A stretch of DNA of 64,000 nucleotides from Candidatus Hydrogenedentota bacterium (GCA_034669905.1 JAXMOL010000011.1:89037-153036), one strand, 5' to 3'. Positions 39,642 through 49,355 are shown, counted from the stretch's first letter. The notes: a model not told the origin generated them from the sequence alone. Numbers and translations: made by a program.

Positions 39642-39668
39642 GCACTACGGCCAATCAATACACCCTCG

Positions 39669-39697
39669 ACCGTCCGGGATTTCCCGGGCGGTTTTTT
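39669..39697 (+). terminator. Intrinsic terminator after rho
   Basis: ACCGTCCGGG / CCCGGGCGGT stem plus T6. Confidence 0.85.
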
Positions 39698-39983
39698 ATT
39701 ACCCGGACCTATCGCTCGTTTCGGCACAGGACTTGCCACCATCATACCGCCCATGTATCAGATTGAGAACGAATTTTGTTTGGTAGAAGGTGACAGGGGT
39801 GTGAGGAAGGACGGTATGGACGCAGCGCAATTCCGGCGTCAACGTTTTCAAGTATTCTTGCGCTTCATGGGTACGGGTTGTCCGCCCGTTTATTCTACTT
39901 GCGTTCCCAACGTGCGCTTTGTATCCTGTTCCGACACGCCCCACGGGGGCACACGCATCAGTGGGTTCGACGCAAGGGGAACC

Positions 39984-40373
39984 ATGGTTGCCATTCACGG
40001 ACAGGTGGTTGACGCTCACGTCACCCACACCTTCCAGCTTTCTTTCCGGGAGCCACAGGTTACCGTGCGGGAGATTATCAGTGCGGCCGTGCGCACGAAG
40101 ACCGAGGACTTCAACACGCTCCTCACGCAGGTGCTGGATTCCGGCCCGGACGACGCGCACGTTCGCACTTGGCCCATGCTCGATTTTGAAGAGCAGCTCT
40201 ATCGCGCGTTGGATGGCTTTGTGAATCAGCGTTACCTCCTGCTCCTCGGCAATGGCCAAGCGGAACACCTGGAGCAGCGGGTGCGCCTGACCCCCGACTT
40301 GACGATCACCTTTGTTCGACTGGTACCCCTTACGGGAAGTGATAACCAGGCCCATTGCGCCAGACGGAAATGA
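39984..40373 (+). CDS. Small protein of the type found next to DUF4132 genes, possibly ubiquitin-like
   Basis: AAGGGGA RBS; C-terminal ITFVRLVPLTG resembles a beta-grasp tail; 12 nt upstream of the DUF4132 gene. Confidence 0.65.
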   Translation: MVAIHGQVVDAHVTHTFQLSFREPQVTVREIISAAVRTKTEDFNTLLTQVLDSGPDDAHVRTWPMLDFEEQLYRALDGFVNQRYLLLLGNGQAEHLEQRVRLTPDLTITFVRLVPLTGSDNQAHCARRK

Positions 40374-40385
40374 GAGAGTGACGAC

Positions 40386-42977
40386 ATGACATACTTTGAA
40401 GGCTTCGATGCCTTGGCCGCCCGCATTCTCGAGGAGAATCAAGCGGAGGGGCAGACGATTTGGGAAGATAACCAGTTTCACGACAGCGCGGTTTATGCGG
40501 ACATCAAGGCCCTTTCCCCAAAAGAGCGTGCCAACCTCTGCCTGGAGATCCTGGCTCGAATCCCAAAAATAAATTTCGAGATTCGCCGTCTGGTTCCCCC
40601 ACCCCCGGATTCGACAGATAGGGATTCGCCGTCCGATGCGATGTTAAGGTGGCTGACTCTATACAACGAGACGACGCCGGAACAGCGCCGCTATAACATG
40701 CTTCGGCGAAGTCTGAAGAACCTCTTCGACGTGCTTATGCGGACCAAGCTGGCCTTTGACGAACAGGGCCTGATCGACTTGGTCACGCACTTTCACGAGC
40801 AGACCGACCGGCCCCATCCGCGTTCGATGAGCGACTGGCCGCTTACGCCCGTGTCGGCGCAATTTGAGCGTCGTCTTGAGGAAGGCCAGGTTTCGGACGT
40901 GCTTCGCGGTTTCGCCACGGAAGCGCTGGCTTGGAAGCCGTTCAGCGAGCAGGAAAAGAGCATCGGCCGACTCCGGCGGATCCTCCAGCGAATCGCGGCG
41001 TCCTCCGAAGATGGCGAAGCCGTAACACCCTATGAACTCACCGAGCAGGATACGATAGGGGCGGTCATCAACGAAGCCGCCGGCGCCCTCGGCAGTTCGT
41101 GCCGCCGAGTGGTGTATCAGGTCTTCGAGCTCGCCTCCACGAAGAACCTCACGAAAGCCAGCAAGAAATTTCTCAAGGAGTCCGAGGCACTGGTGAGCGG
41201 CGATGAGGCCAATGCCTACAAGCTTTTCGTGCTCGACGTGCTCGATTACGGGAGCCGCGCGAAACATGTGGAGCTTGACCCGGAAGACCCCGGCTACTGG
41301 GTCATGTTTATCCACGAGGACAACGAAGCAGTCATCAAAGGGCTACTGTGGACCCTCGTTCATTTCGACGACGACGCCCTCGCGCGGGCAGTCGGTGCCT
41401 TTGGCGCGAACTGCTTCAAGAAGTTCCCCTACGCGGGCTCGGGCCAGCTGTCTACCCAACTCGGCAATACGTGCGTACGCGTATTGGCCCATATGGGACA
41501 CACCACGGCCATTGCGGCGTTGGCCCGGCTGCTCCCCCGCATCAAATCCAAGGCGACACGGAATCTCATCGAATCGGAACTCGAGAAACTCGCCGCCAAA
41601 CGGGGCGTCACGGCCGCGCTTCTCGAAGACATGGCCATTCCCGACTTTGCGCTCGACGACGGCCGACTGGAAACGGATTTTGACGGCTACACCGCCTGCC
41701 TCCACCTCTCCGAAAACGGCGAAGCCACCCTCACCTGGAAAACGCCGGACGGTAAGCCGCAAAAGACTGTCCCCTCGGTCATTCGAAACGACGAACTCCT
41801 GAGCAGCCGCCTGAAAGTACTCAAGGGCACCCTGAAAGAGCTACAGGAGACGCTGAGACTACAACGGGACCGGCTGGATCGGTCCTGGCTTCAAAACCGG
41901 GTCTGGAATCACACGGATTTTTGCCGCTACCTCCTCCATCACGAGATCATGGGCGTCCACACGCGGCGCCTGATCTGGACCATCGAGGACGGAGACCGGA
42001 CCGTCACCGCGCGGTATGGCGATCAGGGCTGGGAGCGGGTGGACGGCTCATCGGTCTTCGATATCGAGGAGGACGCCACGGTCCGCTTTTGGCACCCCCT
42101 CGAAGCCACGGCCGGAGACGTGGAAGGCTGGCGCACGCGCCTGAGCGATCTCAAAATCCAACAGCCGGTCAATCAGGTGTACCGCGAGACCTACACGGTC
42201 AACGAAGAGGACGCGTCCGATCATTCCAATCGTCTGGCGGGGCACATCCTGAGGCAGAGCCACTTCAACGCCATGCTCAAGACCGCTGGTTGGAAGTTCG
42301 CCCGGCTCATGACCTACGACGGCCCCAAGGAAGAATGGGCCACCCTGGCGCTGTCCGCGTTCGACCTGAGCGCCGAGCTACGGGTATGCGCCGTGAAAGA
42401 TCTCGACGAGCAGGACGAAGACGTCATGTCCTGGATTTACGTGGGCACGGACCAGCTCCGCTTTCTCGACGACAACGGCGATCGCATGGCCTTGCCGTCG
42501 GTGCCCGCCCTCGCGTTCTCCGAGGCAGTGCGCCAGCTTGATCGCATCATCGACCGCTGCACCGTGGGCAACGATCCCGAATTTGCCGACAGTGGCACCC
42601 ACCCGACCCACAAGGAATACTGGGAGCAAATCGCCCAAGGCGAGCTCAGCAACGTGGCGCGCGTCCGCCACGCCGCGCTCCAGGTCGTTGTGCCCCGGCT
42701 GGCCATCGCCGACCAACTGACCCTCGACGACACCTACCTCCACATTAAAGGTAAACGCGGGCACTACACGATCCACCTCGGCAGCCTCTCCGTACGCACC
42801 GCTCCCGGCGGCCAGAATTTAAAACTCACCGCTCAGCCTAAGAAAGACGACCCCGTGCCCTTCCTCCCCTTCGAAGGCGACGAATCCCTCTCGCTAATAC
42901 TCAGCATCGCGATCCTGTTCGCCAACGACGACACGATCAAGGACAAGAAACTCCTCGCGCAGATTGAAGCGGGGTAA
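40386..42977 (+). CDS. DUF4132 domain-containing protein
   Basis: P.F.L, GK..K.VP, R.W, RLIW, WHPL, QP..QV.RE.Y, FSE..R, C-terminal FLPFEGD..LS.ILS. Confidence 0.8.
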   Translation: MTYFEGFDALAARILEENQAEGQTIWEDNQFHDSAVYADIKALSPKERANLCLEILARIPKINFEIRRLVPPPPDSTDRDSPSDAMLRWLTLYNETTPEQRRYNMLRRSLKNLFDVLMRTKLAFDEQGLIDLVTHFHEQTDRPHPRSMSDWPLTPVSAQFERRLEEGQVSDVLRGFATEALAWKPFSEQEKSIGRLRRILQRIAASSEDGEAVTPYELTEQDTIGAVINEAAGALGSSCRRVVYQVFELASTKNLTKASKKFLKESEALVSGDEANAYKLFVLDVLDYGSRAKHVELDPEDPGYWVMFIHEDNEAVIKGLLWTLVHFDDDALARAVGAFGANCFKKFPYAGSGQLSTQLGNTCVRVLAHMGHTTAIAALARLLPRIKSKATRNLIESELEKLAAKRGVTAALLEDMAIPDFALDDGRLETDFDGYTACLHLSENGEATLTWKTPDGKPQKTVPSVIRNDELLSSRLKVLKGTLKELQETLRLQRDRLDRSWLQNRVWNHTDFCRYLLHHEIMGVHTRRLIWTIEDGDRTVTARYGDQGWERVDGSSVFDIEEDATVRFWHPLEATAGDVEGWRTRLSDLKIQQPVNQVYRETYTVNEEDASDHSNRLAGHILRQSHFNAMLKTAGWKFARLMTYDGPKEEWATLALSAFDLSAELRVCAVKDLDEQDEDVMSWIYVGTDQLRFLDDNGDRMALPSVPALAFSEAVRQLDRIIDRCTVGNDPEFADSGTHPTHKEYWEQIAQGELSNVARVRHAALQVVVPRLAIADQLTLDDTYLHIKGKRGHYTIHLGSLSVRTAPGGQNLKLTAQPKKDDPVPFLPFEGDESLSLILSIAILFANDDTIKDKKLLAQIEAG

Positions 42978-42995
42978 CGGAAAACGGTGTGGACA

Positions 42996-43101
42996 AGCGC
43001 ATCTGGCTCCTCCTCTACGTCCTCAACAAGATGCAGAAGATGTAAACCCAAGAAGAAACCAATACACCCTCGACCGTCCGGGATTTCCCGGGCGGTTTTT
43101 T
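42996..43101 (+). repeat. Duplicated, internally deleted 3' end of rho plus terminator
   Basis: 26/30 match to 39514-39543, 25/25 to 39616-39640, 42/42 to 39656-39697. Confidence 0.92.
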
Positions 43102-43386
43102 CGTGGGCCGGGTTCAGGTGTTGGACGACCAACTTACCAATGCCACCGTCATAAACGCTGGAACAATGTGACTGACGTATACAAGCGCGTATCACACTCG
43201 TTTCGGCACCCGAATCACAACCAATCCTGTACCACTGTCTCCTTCCATGTATCTGGGCGGTTAGCACAGGAGGGCGATTCTGCTCAGCGGGATGGGGCAT
43301 CTCCTGTGTTGGAACGGGCTCGTTTTTACAGCGCGTAGTGAATAGCCAGTATAGCGCTCGAACGTAGCACACTCTCTCTCCGCTCG

Positions 43387-44334
43387 TCAGTTTGCTGAGC
43401 CTCGCTTTACCCGTCGGATAAGACGGGATGTGGCTGACCGGGTGTTCGCACGGACGTTTCGCAAGTTAGCCGAAAGTACGGAGAAAGGCTTGTAGTGGGC
43501 TTGTAGTGAAAACGGGATTTCCGGTGTTTTGTAGCCTGACTCTCGCGCCCACTTAATAATTTCCATCAAAGGATCGAAATAGGTCAACATGGGCTTCCTC
43601 CACCCAACCCACGGTTTCGGTTGGAGGCTGAAATGGGCCAAGTGATTGGCTGGGTCCTTGTCCAATTGGAACTCCCCTATGTCGGGGGCATCTGAAAAAA
43701 AGGCAAAGAGGGAACTGAGCGTCGATTCGTCTGTCATCTGATAGGCCAGATTTCGTGCATCAACCACACCGCCACCAGGCCGCAAGACACGTTTCATTTG
43801 CTGTTCCCAGAAATCGATGAAGGGCAGGTGACTTCGGTTTAGTACAAAGCAATTGGTGATTACCGTAGTATTTTGCGCGGGCTCCTCCCGTTGGGCCACA
43901 TCTTCTTGCCACTGGGCGAGGATATGAAGGGGCACCCCCCCTTCGCCATCGCCCTGGCGGTATTGCCGCCGATATACCTCACTGTTTTCTTCAGGCCCCC
44001 TCGCCCGTATCTGAAACCGATCCGGGCAATAGCGCAGGAGTGGCTCTACATTGCCCACCGCCATACAATCTGCGTCCATCCAGGTAATCAACTCCGTGGT
44101 CGCCGTCTTGATGGCTTCGGGTTTTTGCGTGTTCACGCCCCGCCCTGTGGAGTGCTTTTCATCGAACACCGTTACGTTGTCAAATTGCTCCAAGAGCGCC
44201 CGATCTTCGTCTCGAAAATCTTCCGCAAGCACGTGAATCTTATCGGTGCCCCCATGAAATCGTAGTGATGCCGTTAGAATATAGGCCCCCCATATATAGT
44301 TCCTGTCGCATGCCGTGACGATTGTGTTTTGCAT
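43387..44334 (-). CDS. GT-A fold glycosyltransferase-like protein (GT8-like)
   Basis: IVTACD.NY, WMDAD (DXD), DES, HF...PKPW; start estimated at MQNTI. Confidence 0.65.
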   Translation of the reverse strand: MQNTIVTACDRNYIWGAYILTASLRFHGGTDKIHVLAEDFRDEDRALLEQFDNVTVFDEKHSTGRGVNTQKPEAIKTATTELITWMDADCMAVGNVEPLLRYCPDRFQIRARGPEENSEVYRRQYRQGDGEGGVPLHILAQWQEDVAQREEPAQNTTVITNCFVLNRSHLPFIDFWEQQMKRVLRPGGGVVDARNLAYQMTDESTLSSLFAFFSDAPDIGEFQLDKDPANHLAHFSLQPKPWVGWRKPMLTYFDPLMEIIKWARESGYKTPEIPFSLQAHYKPFSVLSANLRNVRANTRSATSRLIRRVKRGSAN

Positions 44335-44684
44335 ATGGGCCACTTTCCAGATTCCCCGCTGCGCCCCATAAAAGAAAACCCGCAAGAGAGCGCGAATTGC
44401 AAATACTCCACGCAACGCAACGAAGGCCTCTTTAAGAGCGGCGCACTTCAGTTTTTTGTCGCGACGCAATCGGCCCGACAATTGAGCTAGCATCTAATAT
44501 AGCGTATTCTTGCATAAAATACCGCTACACGGAAGCAAGCACTATAGGTGAAAGGAGAAGTCAATTGCCACTTGGCTTAAGTTCTGGTCTCCTTCGGAGA
44601 GCGGTCGCGTTTGCGCCCCAACCATACCTTTCACCCTAAACGCCAGTTCCTATAGGTCGGATAATTCAAACATGCTGACGCAAA

Positions 44685-44897
44685 TATGACTACGAAATCG
44701 TAAGGCAGATCGACTTTGCTACCCATTACCCCAAGATTTGCTGTTACGAGCACGCCAATCTGACCGCACGAGATCGTCAGAAGTGTGAAGCGCTCTTGAA
44801 GAAGAATGGGTATTCCCTCTACAGGATGGAACGAGATACTGCCGGCATTCACGAGAGTATTGAAGCAAGCCTGAACATTCGTCCTTCTCGCGCCTAG
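44685..44897 (+). pseudogene. C-terminal remnant of an FkbM-type methyltransferase
   Basis: Hand translation YDYEIVRQIDFATHYPKICCYEHANLTARDRQKCEALLKKNGY...DT; no upstream start, in-frame stop just upstream. Confidence 0.55.
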
Positions 44898-45085
44898 TGG
44901 AGGACGCGGCCGTCCAGCATGGCAACTTCTCAACGACTCGACGTTGACGTTGTGCGCTGGGCATTCACACGCTAGCAACGTCAACTCGCTTTCTCGTTCT
45001 TGTCGCCTTCCCGACGGATTCGGGGCAAACAATTTGGGGCAGCCTCCTGCCTGACCACCAGGAGAGCCCGCCCCGGAATGTTGGA

Positions 45086-45613
45086 CTACACCTTTTTCTT
45101 CTCAAAGAAGAAGAACAGGGCGAGTGTCGCCAGGCAGAAAAAGGGGATCACGATCCAATGAGAAACCCCCAGGCTTTCGGGTAACGTGAGCTTTCCGAAA
45201 TCTTTCCAGGCGAGTACCGTCTTGAGCATCAGGGGATAGGCCTCGGCGTAGATGGCAGCGCCGAGAAGCATTCCCATGACCGCGAAGATTGCATGCCAAC
45301 GACCCTCCGCCACCGCACCTACTGAGGTACCCGGGCAGTAGCCCATGAACGCCCACCCTGCACCAAAGAGGAGGCCACCGATCACCACTCCCCCGACATT
45401 CATGGATTTCGGACTCAGGGTAATTACGCCCATATCCGCGAGAATGTAGAACCCGACCAGTCCGACCAGAATGGCCGACATCATGAACTTCATAATGGTC
45501 ATGTCCTTTAGCAACATGGCGCCCACCTGTTTTTCAAAGCGGAGCACGCGCCCTTTTTGCAGGAGCACGCCAAAGATAATTCCGGCAACCAAACCAAGCA
45601 AAAGATCCATCAT
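45086..45613 (-). CDS. YeeE/YedE family sulfur-compound transporter subunit
   Basis: FG.LLQKG, GG.LFG.GW...GYCPGT; multiple TM. Confidence 0.9.
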   Translation of the reverse strand: MMDLLLGLVAGIIFGVLLQKGRVLRFEKQVGAMLLKDMTIMKFMMSAILVGLVGFYILADMGVITLSPKSMNVGGVVIGGLLFGAGWAFMGYCPGTSVGAVAEGRWHAIFAVMGMLLGAAIYAEAYPLMLKTVLAWKDFGKLTLPESLGVSHWIVIPFFCLATLALFFFFEKKKV

Positions 45614-45614
45614 C

Positions 45615-46151
45615 TCAGGACTCCTTATAGACGAGGTGTGCGACGGCTATCCCCGCCCCAAAGAACATCGCCATCGCCACAAATCCACTCATGGACAGCT
45701 GCATGAGCCCGCTCAGCCCATGCCCACTCGGACACCCACCGGCCAGACGCGCGCCAAACATGGCCACGGCGCCACCAGCAATTGCTCCGACTGCGCGCCG
45801 TCCGATGGAACTGCCGAACCGGTTGCTCCACGTAGGGGGACAACTTTCGCGCTTAAAGCTCTTATCCACGAGCGACGAGACAAGGGCGCCGATAAAAATC
45901 CCCGTGACAAAGAGAAACTGCCAGTCCACTTTTACCTTGGTTTTTTCAAAGTAAGCGTTGTCCGCCACGTGTCCCAGGGCGACAGCCGATTCCAGCAGGC
46001 CCACACCGCGAACAAAGGTGGTGGATGCCCCCATGTATTGGGTCTTCGAACCCCACCAGGTTGTCGCCAGTACCGACGCTATCGCCAGCACCCCCACCAG
46101 CGCCCCGGCCAGATAAGGGTTCCAGGCCCCGTCTTCTGTTTTCCACTTCAT
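45615..46151 (-). CDS. YeeE/YedE family sulfur-compound transporter subunit
   Basis: WNPYLAG, FGARLAGGCPSGHGLSG; start reassigned to MKWKT. Confidence 0.9.
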   Translation of the reverse strand: MKWKTEDGAWNPYLAGALVGVLAIASVLATTWWGSKTQYMGASTTFVRGVGLLESAVALGHVADNAYFEKTKVKVDWQFLFVTGIFIGALVSSLVDKSFKRESCPPTWSNRFGSSIGRRAVGAIAGGAVAMFGARLAGGCPSGHGLSGLMQLSMSGFVAMAMFFGAGIAVAHLVYKES

Positions 46152-46486
46152 GGTCGTCTCCGGTATCGCACCGAAACACCCAAGGTTCCTATTGGCGGTT
46201 TTGCCAACACACACCCGTTCGGTGCCACAAATATCGCCCCCCGGTCCGCTGGGCTAATAAAATACGTTCGATTTCCTTGGAGGCCGCCAGACAGGAAAGG
46301 CTGACGCCATCATACTCCCGGAACCCAGGTTCTTATATCGTTACTATACGACCTTACGATATTTTGGGGCGTAGATTCAAGCCGCAGCAGTGGCAGACCG
46401 TTGGGCGAAGGATGATGGCGATGGGGATACCAAGCCCCCTAATCCTACCTCGGGCAGGAATGACGGAGTTTCAAGCAGGGCTGTTC

Positions 46487-46594
46487 GGAGAACCTAGGAG
46501 AACCAAGTGACAGACCAGAATGGCACTTACTTAAGGGTAAGTTGTTTTTCGGAAACAGCTTAGAGTCCGATGTTCGAGAACAAAGGGACAGACT
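46487..46594 (+). repeat. Left REP-like repeats of the RAYT locus (consensus GGAGAACCWAGGGACAGAC)
   Basis: Copies at 46487-46516 (partly tandem) and 46576-46594, inverted relative to the right-side copies. Confidence 0.75.
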
Positions 46595-46639
46595 ATGGAA
46601 TACCTTGCCGTATACAGCCATTTGGTATAGGCTGAAGCC

Positions 46640-47381
46640 ATGAGCCGTGTAGCCAGGGTAGTGGTGCCGGGTTTTCCGCATCACATTACACAGCGGGGCA
46701 ATCGCCGCGCCGATATCTTCGAAACCGATGCAGATCGGAAGGCGTATCTGCGTTTTTTGAAACAGTATGCCGACAAGCGGGGTCTGGATATCTGGGCCTA
46801 TTGTTTGATGACCAACCACATCCATCTGGTCGCCGTGCCGAAGACCGAGGCCGCGCTGGGATTTGCTATGCGCGACACCCATACGGTCTACGCCATGTAT
46901 TTCAATTCGCGGACGCAACTCTCGGGGCACGCCTGGCAAGGGGCGTACGCAAGAAAGGGACAGACCCGTCTCCGCTCGTACCCACCACGGCGCGTCTAGC
47001 GACCTCGCTACGCTTGCGTCAGTCCCCATCTTGCGTGAGAACCCCCTGTGGGCTGCGGTACGCTACGTGGAAATGAACCCCGTCCGCGCGGGGATGGTGG
47101 AGCGCGCCGAAGAGCACCCCTGGTCGAGCGCCGCCGCCCACTGCGGCCTCCGCGACGACCCCGTGCTATCGGTCGATTTTCCACCCGCTGGCGTGGTGGA
47201 AGACTGGCAAGCCTGGCTCCGCGACGGCCCAGAGGACCAGGAGGCCTACGAGACGATTCGAAAGCAGACCCGCACCGGCCGTCCCTGCGGCTCCCCGAAA
47301 TTCCTCGACCAGCTGGAAGCTTTGCTAGGTCGGGCGTTGCGCCCGAAAAAACCGGGCCGACCAAAGAAGGGCGGGGGGTGA
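46640..47381 (+). pseudogene. REP-associated tyrosine transposase (RAYT/TnpA-REP, Y1 HUH), interrupted
   Basis: HITQRGN, YCLMTNHIHL (HUH), GH.WQG in one frame; RYVEMNPVRAG, PWSS in another frame after an insertion. Confidence 0.88.
46947..47036. mobile_element. 90-bp REP-doublet-like insertion within the RAYT gene
   Basis: Terminal IR ACGCAAGAAAGGGACAGAC / GTCAGTCCCCATCTTGCGT (16/19). Confidence 0.75.
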
Positions 47382-47396
47382 AAGGTGAAATTACGT

Positions 47397-47473
47397 AGTC
47401 TGTCCCTTGGTTTTCCCGTCCCTAGGTTTTCCCCATGACAGACTGTCCCTAGGTTCTCCTGTCCCTTTGTTTT
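47397..47473 (-). repeat. Right REP-like repeats of the RAYT locus, four clustered GTCCCT..GTT.T units
   Basis: Units start near 47398, 47417, 47443 and 47459. Confidence 0.8.
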
Positions 47474-47567
47474 AAGGAGTGACGTATCCGTCACGACATT
47501 GGCGCGGATGATATTGTTTATCAATCGCGATACGCCCCGTGTGTTGCTGTCCCATACGCCTTCGCCT

Positions 47568-48590
47568 TCAGTCGTATAGGCCGTATTCCTCCACTATCTC
47601 GTCGAATATATGATCGATTTCTTCTCGCAATGCATAGGAACCCGAAGCAGCAAGATACTCCTCGGTGCTGTGACGTTCTATATAATCGGCTATTGCTAGT
47701 GCGTGTGCGAGCGAAGACTGGAACATTGCCGTGTATCCATTCTGGTTCATCTCGTCGTCAGAGACCTGCACTTCCACAGGATCGGGAATACCTCTAAATT
47801 GTTTATTCGTTAAATGCAGTTGCCTATATACTGCTGGAGTATTCCCTCTCTCATCATGAAAGATCAGTCCCACCGCAGCAGCCACGCGCAATTCCATTGC
47901 CGCCCTCCGAACGTCCCCGAAGCCTACCGGTATTTCGTCCTCTATCCAGTTTTCAAGAAACGATTCCGCAGCATTACGGCTAGAAAGTACATTTCGCAGA
48001 GTCTTGGTTCCTTCCGGGCCATCGAGAAAGGGCAACCAACGCAGGGCCAGTAATTTGTTCATGAGCAAATTGCTCAATACCGATTTATGTAGCTCATCGT
48101 AGTCTGGCAGTTCGCCGAAACGCTGAGGTCGTTTTATGTAATCCGTGATGGCTACGTAGGACTCGGAATTTTCGCCCAAAAAGCCAATTGCAGTGGCGGC
48201 GTTGCCCCACGACTCGTATGATTCAAGCTCATCAAGAATCTCGTAGAGAACCGGCAAATCCTCGGTGCCCAGGCTTTCCTTTGCGCTCGAATAGAAGAAC
48301 GTATCAGGCGATAGCATTTTAAGGATAGCCATCTTCCGTTTGCGACCGGTATCACCTCCACTAGACACCGGATTTTCTTCATTGCCTGGCAACACGGATT
48401 GTTTCGATTCCGAAATCTCCATCGGAGATATCTCCTGCGAGACAGGCACTTCGTTGTCTGCAGCCGTGGCACCCAGATCTCCAGGGGAATTTCTAATTTC
48501 GTTCTGCTTACCGTTAGGCGCATGTAAAACAGCTACGCTCAAAACTACCAAGACAGCTATGATGATTATGAAACTGTATGTTTTTTTCAC
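47568..48590 (-). CDS. Hypothetical exported or membrane-anchored helical protein
   Basis: 340-aa ORF, N-terminal hydrophobic helix, AAGGA RBS, AT-richer than flanks. Confidence 0.7.
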   Translation of the reverse strand: MKKTYSFIIIIAVLVVLSVAVLHAPNGKQNEIRNSPGDLGATAADNEVPVSQEISPMEISESKQSVLPGNEENPVSSGGDTGRKRKMAILKMLSPDTFFYSSAKESLGTEDLPVLYEILDELESYESWGNAATAIGFLGENSESYVAITDYIKRPQRFGELPDYDELHKSVLSNLLMNKLLALRWLPFLDGPEGTKTLRNVLSSRNAAESFLENWIEDEIPVGFGDVRRAAMELRVAAAVGLIFHDERGNTPAVYRQLHLTNKQFRGIPDPVEVQVSDDEMNQNGYTAMFQSSLAHALAIADYIERHSTEEYLAASGSYALREEIDHIFDEIVEEYGLYD

Positions 48591-48620
48591 GACGTCCTTT
48601 CCATTCTAGAATATACCTAC

Positions 48621-49355
48621 TTAAGGTGAGCCTGTGCTCCCTGGCCTTTCCAAGTATGGGTAGTCATCTTTGTTTATCCATTCATCCCAATATGCCTTGC
48701 CGCTTTCACTGTAGTAAGAAAAATGTTCATCGTCTCTCCCTTCGGGGAAAAACCTCGTGTCATAGGATAAACGATCCCATGCGCCTCTCCAGTAGGCGCA
48801 TTCTTCCTTTGTCATCGTGACCGCCGGTTTGAACCAATACGGATTCCATCTGTTAATACTCCGCATTTTGTGCGGTTCAGAGGCGATAATCCGATACGGA
48901 TGTTCATTTCCATTCCAATGACCACCTATGCCCACATAGTGTCCAAGTTCATGGGTCAATGTCGTCCAATCCCACTTTGGAGTGTTCACCATGAATACCA
49001 GATTCCAATTCTTAGGATATCCTCCGTCCAAATAGCCTCTCAATCCCAAATTAACCTCGCCACTGCTCATTAATTCGGCACCGGCCATGAGAGTAAACAC
49101 TGTACTCGTGTCGCCTACATACTCAGTGGTGAATTTCTTCTCCCATAGGCTTTTGACGACCAAATCGATCTGGTCGTCTTTGATATCCGTCGGATAGCGA
49201 ATTGCTTTTCCAGTTATGTCCGAAAAATGCGAAACCGTTGGCAGAAACACTGTCCCCGGATCAACATTCGGATCCGGATACATTTTCATACTGATTTCGA
49301 CACCGGTGCAAGCACAATCATCGTCACCTTTCGCAATGGCAGATCCGCCGCCCAT
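48621..49355 (-). CDS. Putative zinc metallopeptidase domain, probably 5'-truncated
   Basis: HELGHYVGIGGH motif; ATG abuts the repeat at 49356; no RBS. Confidence 0.55.
   Translation of the reverse strand: MGGGSAIAKGDDDCACTGVEISMKMYPDPNVDPGTVFLPTVSHFSDITGKAIRYPTDIKDDQIDLVVKSLWEKKFTTEYVGDTSTVFTLMAGAELMSSGEVNLGLRGYLDGGYPKNWNLVFMVNTPKWDWTTLTHELGHYVGIGGHWNGNEHPYRIIASEPHKMRSINRWNPYWFKPAVTMTKEECAYWRGAWDRLSYDTRFFPEGRDDEHFSYYSESGKAYWDEWINKDDYPYLERPGSTGSP

Noticed and set aside
39753..39983. 5' extension of the small DUF4132-partner ORF
   Set aside because: No RBS; ATG 39984 has a good RBS, and the upstream start lies in rho-duplication-related sequence
44631..45032. 133-aa minus-strand ORF
   Set aside because: No motif; the plus-strand FkbM remnant explains the region better
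46863..47040. Programmed frameshift joining the two RAYT frames
   Set aside because: No slippery site; the break coincides with an IR-bounded insertion
47397..47473. Possible mini-CRISPR
   Set aside because: Units are about 16 nt, abut or overlap, and lack regular spacers
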